Assembly (NCBI GenBank): GCA_963730935.1
Contig: CAVSTP010000002.1
Coordinates: forward strand, 704,001 to 768,000
Origin: an uncultured Nitrospiraceae bacterium
GTDB lineage: Bacteria > Nitrospirota > Nitrospiria > Nitrospirales > Nitrospiraceae
DNA: 64,000 nucleotides
Reading direction: 5' to 3'
The position numbers were made by a program, and so were the translations under genes. Positions 59,516-64,000 of this stretch are shown piece after piece; the stretch's first letter is position 1, and each line of letters starts with the position of its first letter. The notes below the pieces were generated by a model. It was not told the origin of the DNA. It did no database searches and saw only the letters and a program-made list of their open reading frames with translations.

Positions 59516-60315
59516 GGCCGGTTCTGCTTCAGCCTGGCACGATCAGCATGCGTTTGCAGGAACGGACGCAATTCGGCTCCTGCCGTCGCAGAGACGGCGA
59601 TCACGCCTCGGAACCGGGGAGTGGCCTGGTTGAAGAGAAAGGGGCGGCCCTCCGCATCGGCGACCGTGCCGCCGCTTTCCTGGACGAGGAGGACGCCGGC
59701 GACCAAATCCCATTCATTCTCCGGCTCGATCGTGAGCGTGGCTTGCACGCGACCTACCGCGACCACCGCCATGGCATAGGCGATCGATAGCATCGGCCTG
59801 CATTGGATCCGGCCATCGAAATCCGCCCAGCGGCCTCCTCGATATTCCCACGGGCTTACGAGCACCTGCGACCGCTCGTCGACCGGCGCCGCGGGACTCA
59901 CGGGTCGGCCGTTCAGGCGGAGCCCCTGACCGACAGTCGCCGTAAACAGCTCGTCAGTGGACGGATTAAAAATGGCGCCAAGCACAGGCACCCCGGCTTC
60001 GACCAGTCCGACAGAGATGCAATACTCCGGCAATTTATTGACGTACGCTTTCGTGCCGTCGATCGGATCGACGATCCACACACGCGCCTTTTCCAGTCTG
60101 GCGGGATCGTCCGGCGACTCCTCGGACAGCCATCCGTCGTCGGGGAAGTAGGTTTCCTGCATCTCATGGAGGACCCGGTTGACCTCGAGATCGGCCGTGG
60201 TCACCGGCGAGCGATCCTTCTTGATCTGAATCTCGAATCCCTGCCGGGCTAGGTCCATCGCCCGTTTGCCGGCTTCCCTGATCGCGCTGCTCACTCGAGC
60301 AAGTTCTCGTTCCAT
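59512..60315 (-). CDS. cysQ: CysQ / inositol monophosphatase family
   Basis: SPVTTADL, LSEE, WIVDPIDGT, EWDLVAG. Confidence 0.8.
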   Translation of the reverse strand: MERELARVSSAIREAGKRAMDLARQGFEIQIKKDRSPVTTADLEVNRVLHEMQETYFPDDGWLSEESPDDPARLEKARVWIVDPIDGTKAYVNKLPEYCISVGLVEAGVPVLGAIFNPSTDELFTATVGQGLRLNGRPVSPAAPVDERSQVLVSPWEYRGGRWADFDGRIQCRPMLSIAYAMAVVAVGRVQATLTIEPENEWDLVAGVLLVQESGGTVADAEGRPFLFNQATPRFRGVIAVSATAGAELRPFLQTHADRARLKQNRP

Positions 60316-60444
60316 AGGGTCAGGGTAGCAGGTCTGTCGGTGCCGGAAAAGTACAACCTGGCGGCTCCTTCCAGATTCCCCTTGACCCCTTCAACGAACC
60401 TGCGTACAAGCCTGCCTCAAGCCGTTCGACCACAATTGCCTCCT

Positions 60445-61500
60445 ATGAAACTCGTTCAAAAGCGTTCCAAGAAAACCGGCCTTCCTCCTGGCACACTGGT
60501 TCACATCGGTGAGCGGAAGTCGGAAAAAGTCACCGTCGCGGTCTTCCGCTACAGCACCACGAGATGCGAAGAGCTGCAAGTGGAGCAGGTCGACCAGCTG
60601 TCACCGCCTGCCGACGAATCGGTGATCTGGATTAATGTGGGCGGCGTTCACAAGGTGGAAATGGTCGAGATGCTGGGCAAGCAATTCTCTCTGCATCCTC
60701 TGTTGCTGGAAGATGTGACGAATACGGACCAGCGTCCCAAGCTTGACGATTATGAGGCATACATTTTTCTCGTCATGAAAATGCTGTCGTTGACGGACCG
60801 GAAAGATATCGCGGTCGAGCAGGTGAGCTGTGTGCTCGGCAAGAACTATGTGATCTCATTTCAAGAAAATGGGACGGATGTCTTCCAGCCAGTCCGGGAA
60901 CGTCTCCGCGGAGGGAAGGGTCGGCTGCGCCAGTCCGGCGCAGATTATTTGCTGTATGCACTGGTCGACGCCATCGTTGATCAATATTTTGCGGTCTTGG
61001 AGCATATTGGTGAAAAAATCGAGGCTGTGCAACAGGCCGTGGTCGATGATCCCAAACCAGAGACGCTCAATGAGATTCATGCCCTCAAGCGCCAGCTGCT
61101 CTTTGTTCGCCGGGCAGTCTGGCCCCTTCGCGATGTGATGACCAACCTGTCACGCTCGGACTGTCCCTTCCTTCAACAGCCAACCAAGCTCTTTTTCCGG
61201 GACGTCTACGATCATGTGGTGCAAATCGTCGATACCATCGAAATACTTCGCGACATGGTCTCGGCGAGTCTCGACATCTACCTGTCGAGTGTGAGCTACC
61301 GGCTCAACACGATCATGCGGGTGTTGACCGTCATTACCACCATCTTCATGCCGCTCAGCTTCATTGCGAGCATTTACGGCATGAACTTCGAATACATGCC
61401 AGAGCTGAGATCGCCATGGGGCTATCCGCTCGTGCTGGGCGTGATGGCGGCGGTAGGGGTCGGGATGTTGGTGTTGTTCAGGAATAAACGCTGGCTGTGA
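60445..61500 (+). CDS. corA: Magnesium/cobalt transporter CorA
   Basis: KTGLPPGTL, HPLLLED, QRPK, YGMNF, MPEL; candidate promoter TTGACC-17-TACAAG at 60382-60410. Confidence 0.95.
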   Translation: MKLVQKRSKKTGLPPGTLVHIGERKSEKVTVAVFRYSTTRCEELQVEQVDQLSPPADESVIWINVGGVHKVEMVEMLGKQFSLHPLLLEDVTNTDQRPKLDDYEAYIFLVMKMLSLTDRKDIAVEQVSCVLGKNYVISFQENGTDVFQPVRERLRGGKGRLRQSGADYLLYALVDAIVDQYFAVLEHIGEKIEAVQQAVVDDPKPETLNEIHALKRQLLFVRRAVWPLRDVMTNLSRSDCPFLQQPTKLFFRDVYDHVVQIVDTIEILRDMVSASLDIYLSSVSYRLNTIMRVLTVITTIFMPLSFIASIYGMNFEYMPELRSPWGYPLVLGVMAAVGVGMLVLFRNKRWL

Positions 61501-61544
61501 GAGCACGTTGAACGTGCTCTCGCGCGAGATTGCTCCGCGCTCGG

Positions 61545-61925
61545 CTACTCTTGGAGCTCGACGCGATCGACGAAGTACGGCGTATCGCCGAAGCAGGTGG
61601 TCGGCAGGTAACGAAACTCTTTGTAGTGGAGCACGACGCGCTTCCCCATCACCTGGGAAAGCTGTTGAGCCACTGCATCGTCCCAGATCGTAAATTCCCA
61701 AAGAACCGGCGCCGTCCCCGGGACGGTCGTCATGGCGAGCTCGCCCTCATGCGTCTTGCAGAGCCATCCCTTCGTTGAGAACTTTTGAATATATCCAGCG
61801 CGATTGCCGTCCGAGTAGCTGTAGTTGAACGCAACCATCAGCGCACCTGCCGCCAGAAAGAACAGCAAGAGCAAGACTCGGGGGCTAAAGAGCCATAACG
61901 GGAAAAGGACCGATGCCCAATTCAT
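61545..61925 (-). CDS. Conserved hypothetical membrane-anchored protein
   Basis: N-terminal TM then YSDGNRAG.IQKFSTKGWLCKT.EGEL, GDTPYFVD. Confidence 0.75.
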   Translation of the reverse strand: MNWASVLFPLWLFSPRVLLLLFFLAAGALMVAFNYSYSDGNRAGYIQKFSTKGWLCKTHEGELAMTTVPGTAPVLWEFTIWDDAVAQQLSQVMGKRVVLHYKEFRYLPTTCFGDTPYFVDRVELQE

Positions 61926-61939
61926 GCAGCCTCCTTGGC

Positions 61940-62563
61940 CTAGGGACGAATATCGGAGAACAGCCAGGGAGCCTCGACCTTTCGGCGGGCCTCATAGGCT
62001 GCGATCGCGGGCTCATGTTGCAAGCTGAGGCCGATTGAATCCAGTCCTCGATAGAGGCAATCTTTCCTGAAGGGATCGATCGAGAAGCGATAGGAGGTTC
62101 CCTCGGGCGTCGCGACGGTCTGCTCGGCGAGGTCCACGGTCGCTTGATATCCGGGCTTGGACAAGACGTCCTTCATCATCGTCTGAACGTGTTGGGGCTC
62201 CAGGACCACGGGTAGAATACCGTTTTGAAAACAGTTGTTGTAAAAAATGTCGGCGAAACTGGCCGCGATCACGCAACGGAACCCTTGATCGAGCAGGGCC
62301 CAGGGGGCATGTTCGCGCGAGGAGCCGCAGCCGAAGTTGTCTCGCGTGAGAAGAATCGTCGCCCCCTGGTAACGGGGTTGGTTCAAAAAGAATGACGGAT
62401 CGGGCGAACCATCTTTCTGCCGCCTCCAGTCAAAAAACAAGCCCTCGCTGAGGCCGGTTCGCTTAATGGTCTTGAGAAACTGCTTGGGAATGATTTGATC
62501 GGTGTCGACATTGACGCGGTCCAGCGGCGCGACGAGACCGGTGAGTTGGGTGAACGGCTGCAT
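61940..62563 (-). CDS. leuD: 3-isopropylmalate dehydratase small subunit
   Basis: [45 protein letters not shown] before ATG 62563. Confidence 0.97.
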   Translation of the reverse strand: MQPFTQLTGLVAPLDRVNVDTDQIIPKQFLKTIKRTGLSEGLFFDWRRQKDGSPDPSFFLNQPRYQGATILLTRDNFGCGSSREHAPWALLDQGFRCVIAASFADIFYNNCFQNGILPVVLEPQHVQTMMKDVLSKPGYQATVDLAEQTVATPEGTSYRFSIDPFRKDCLYRGLDSIGLSLQHEPAIAAYEARRKVEAPWLFSDIRP

Positions 62564-62570
62564 GCAACAG

Positions 62571-63974
62571 TTACCTCCAGTGACGGATGTCGACGAAATG
62601 GCCTTCGACGGCCGCAGCGACCGCCATTGCGGGAGAGACCAGATGAGTGCGGCCTCCGGCCCCCTGACGGCCTTCGAAGTTGCGATTGCTCGTTGACGCG
62701 CAGCGCTCCCCGGGTTGGAGCACGTCCGCATTCATGGCAAGGCACATACTACAGCCCGGTTCCCGCCATTCAAATCCCGCCTCGGTAAAGATTCGATCGA
62801 GTCCTTCAGCTTCCGCTTGTTGTTTGATGAGCCCGGAGCCGGGGACCACCATGGCCCGCACCGTTTTCGCAATGCGCTTGCCTCTGGCCAGGCTGGCCGC
62901 GAGCCGCAAGTCCTCCATCCGAGAGTTCGTGCAGGACCCAATGAACACCCGGTCGATATTGATGTCGGTGATGAGCATGTTGGCGGTGAGGCCCATATAG
63001 GCGAGGGCGCGCTCGATGGCCTGGCGCGATTTCTCGTCGGCGATCACCTTGGGATCCGGAACCCTGCCGTCCACCCCTGTCACCATTCCCGGGCTCGTGC
63101 CCCAACTGACTTGTGGTGCGATGTCTTCGGCCTTGATGACGACGGTCGCGTCGTAGGCGGCGTTGGCGTCCGTCTTGAGATCCCGCCAGACTTTCACAGC
63201 CTGCTCCCAGGAGTCGCCGGTGGGTGCCAGCGGACGGCCCTTGAGATAGGCAATCGTCTTCTCGTCCGGAGCCACCATGCCCGCCCGCGCCCCGCCTTCA
63301 ATCGACATGTTGCAGAGCGTCATGCGCCCTTCCATGCTGAGTGCGCGGATAACGGAGCCCGTGTATTCGATGACGTAGCCTGTCCCGCCGGCCGTGCCGA
63401 TTGTACCGATGATGGCCAGGATCACATCCTTCGCCGAGCAGCGGTCCGAAAGGACGCCCTCGACCCGGACTTCCATGGTCTTGGGCCGCTTCTGCACCAG
63501 GCACTGGGTTGCCAGCACGTGCTCAACCTCGCTGGTGCCGATCCCGAATGCCAAGGCGCCAAAGGCGCCGTGCGTCGACGTATGCGAGTCGCCGCAGACG
63601 ATCGTCGTGCCGGGGAGGGTGAAGCCTTGTTCAGGGCCGATCACATGCACGATGCCTTGCCGGATATCACTCATGTTGAATAGCGTAATGCCGAAGTCCC
63701 GGCAGTTGTCCTCCAGCGTTTGGATCTGGATTGCGCTCACGGGGTCCGCGATGCCCAGGCGGCGGTCGGTCGTCGGCACATTGTGGTCGGGAACCGCCAG
63801 CGTGGTCCCGGCTCGCCTCGGCCGGCGTCCGGCCAGCTTCAATCCTTCAAACGCCTGTGGCGAGGTGACTTCATGCACCAGTTGCCGGTCGATATACAGC
63901 AGCGTTGTCCCATCCGGCTCTGCGCGCACGACATGGGAATCCCAAATTTTATCGAAGAGGGTCTGACCCGACAT
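62571..63974 (-). CDS. leuC: 3-isopropylmalate dehydratase large subunit
   Basis: [49 protein letters not shown]. Confidence 0.98.
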   Translation of the reverse strand: MSGQTLFDKIWDSHVVRAEPDGTTLLYIDRQLVHEVTSPQAFEGLKLAGRRPRRAGTTLAVPDHNVPTTDRRLGIADPVSAIQIQTLEDNCRDFGITLFNMSDIRQGIVHVIGPEQGFTLPGTTIVCGDSHTSTHGAFGALAFGIGTSEVEHVLATQCLVQKRPKTMEVRVEGVLSDRCSAKDVILAIIGTIGTAGGTGYVIEYTGSVIRALSMEGRMTLCNMSIEGGARAGMVAPDEKTIAYLKGRPLAPTGDSWEQAVKVWRDLKTDANAAYDATVVIKAEDIAPQVSWGTSPGMVTGVDGRVPDPKVIADEKSRQAIERALAYMGLTANMLITDINIDRVFIGSCTNSRMEDLRLAASLARGKRIAKTVRAMVVPGSGLIKQQAEAEGLDRIFTEAGFEWREPGCSMCLAMNADVLQPGERCASTSNRNFEGRQGAGGRTHLVSPAMAVAAAVEGHFVDIRHWR

Positions 63975-64000
63975 ACCTGCTCCTGATCAATGGATAAGAG

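Overview
Core chromosomal window around the replication origin of a GC-rich bacterium; gene content and order suggest Nitrospira/Nitrospirota (inference). From left to right: a truncated three-GAF sigma54 activator; a decayed doxX leading a pirin-DsbA-VOC-VOC operon; a TetR-HlyD-ABC exporter; smpB and dciA; dnaA-dnaN-gyrB-gyrA without recF; an oriC-like DnaA-box cluster; a dsrEFH/tusDCB-like triad; hisS; and a tandem-domain thyX. Next is an unusually elaborate inorganic-carbon uptake locus: two dabB paralogues, a NuoM-like subunit lacking the charged residues, dabA and a PII-like gene. It sits behind a structured leader ending in an intrinsic terminator and is divergent from DUF2294/MpsC, beta-carbonic anhydrase and selO. 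The rest holds a 1074-aa unknown membrane protein, hydrolases, ettA, SulP, tldD/tldE, msrA, PilZ and GspE/PilB genes, corA and leuCD. The best candidates for undescribed biology are the attenuator-controlled DAB/MpsC carbon-uptake module and a 45-bp repeat module that occurs both in intergenic MITE-like elements and as an in-frame tandem insertion in a hydrolase. No rRNA, tRNA, CRISPR array, transposase or prophage was recognised. All calls are by eye; no database searches were run.
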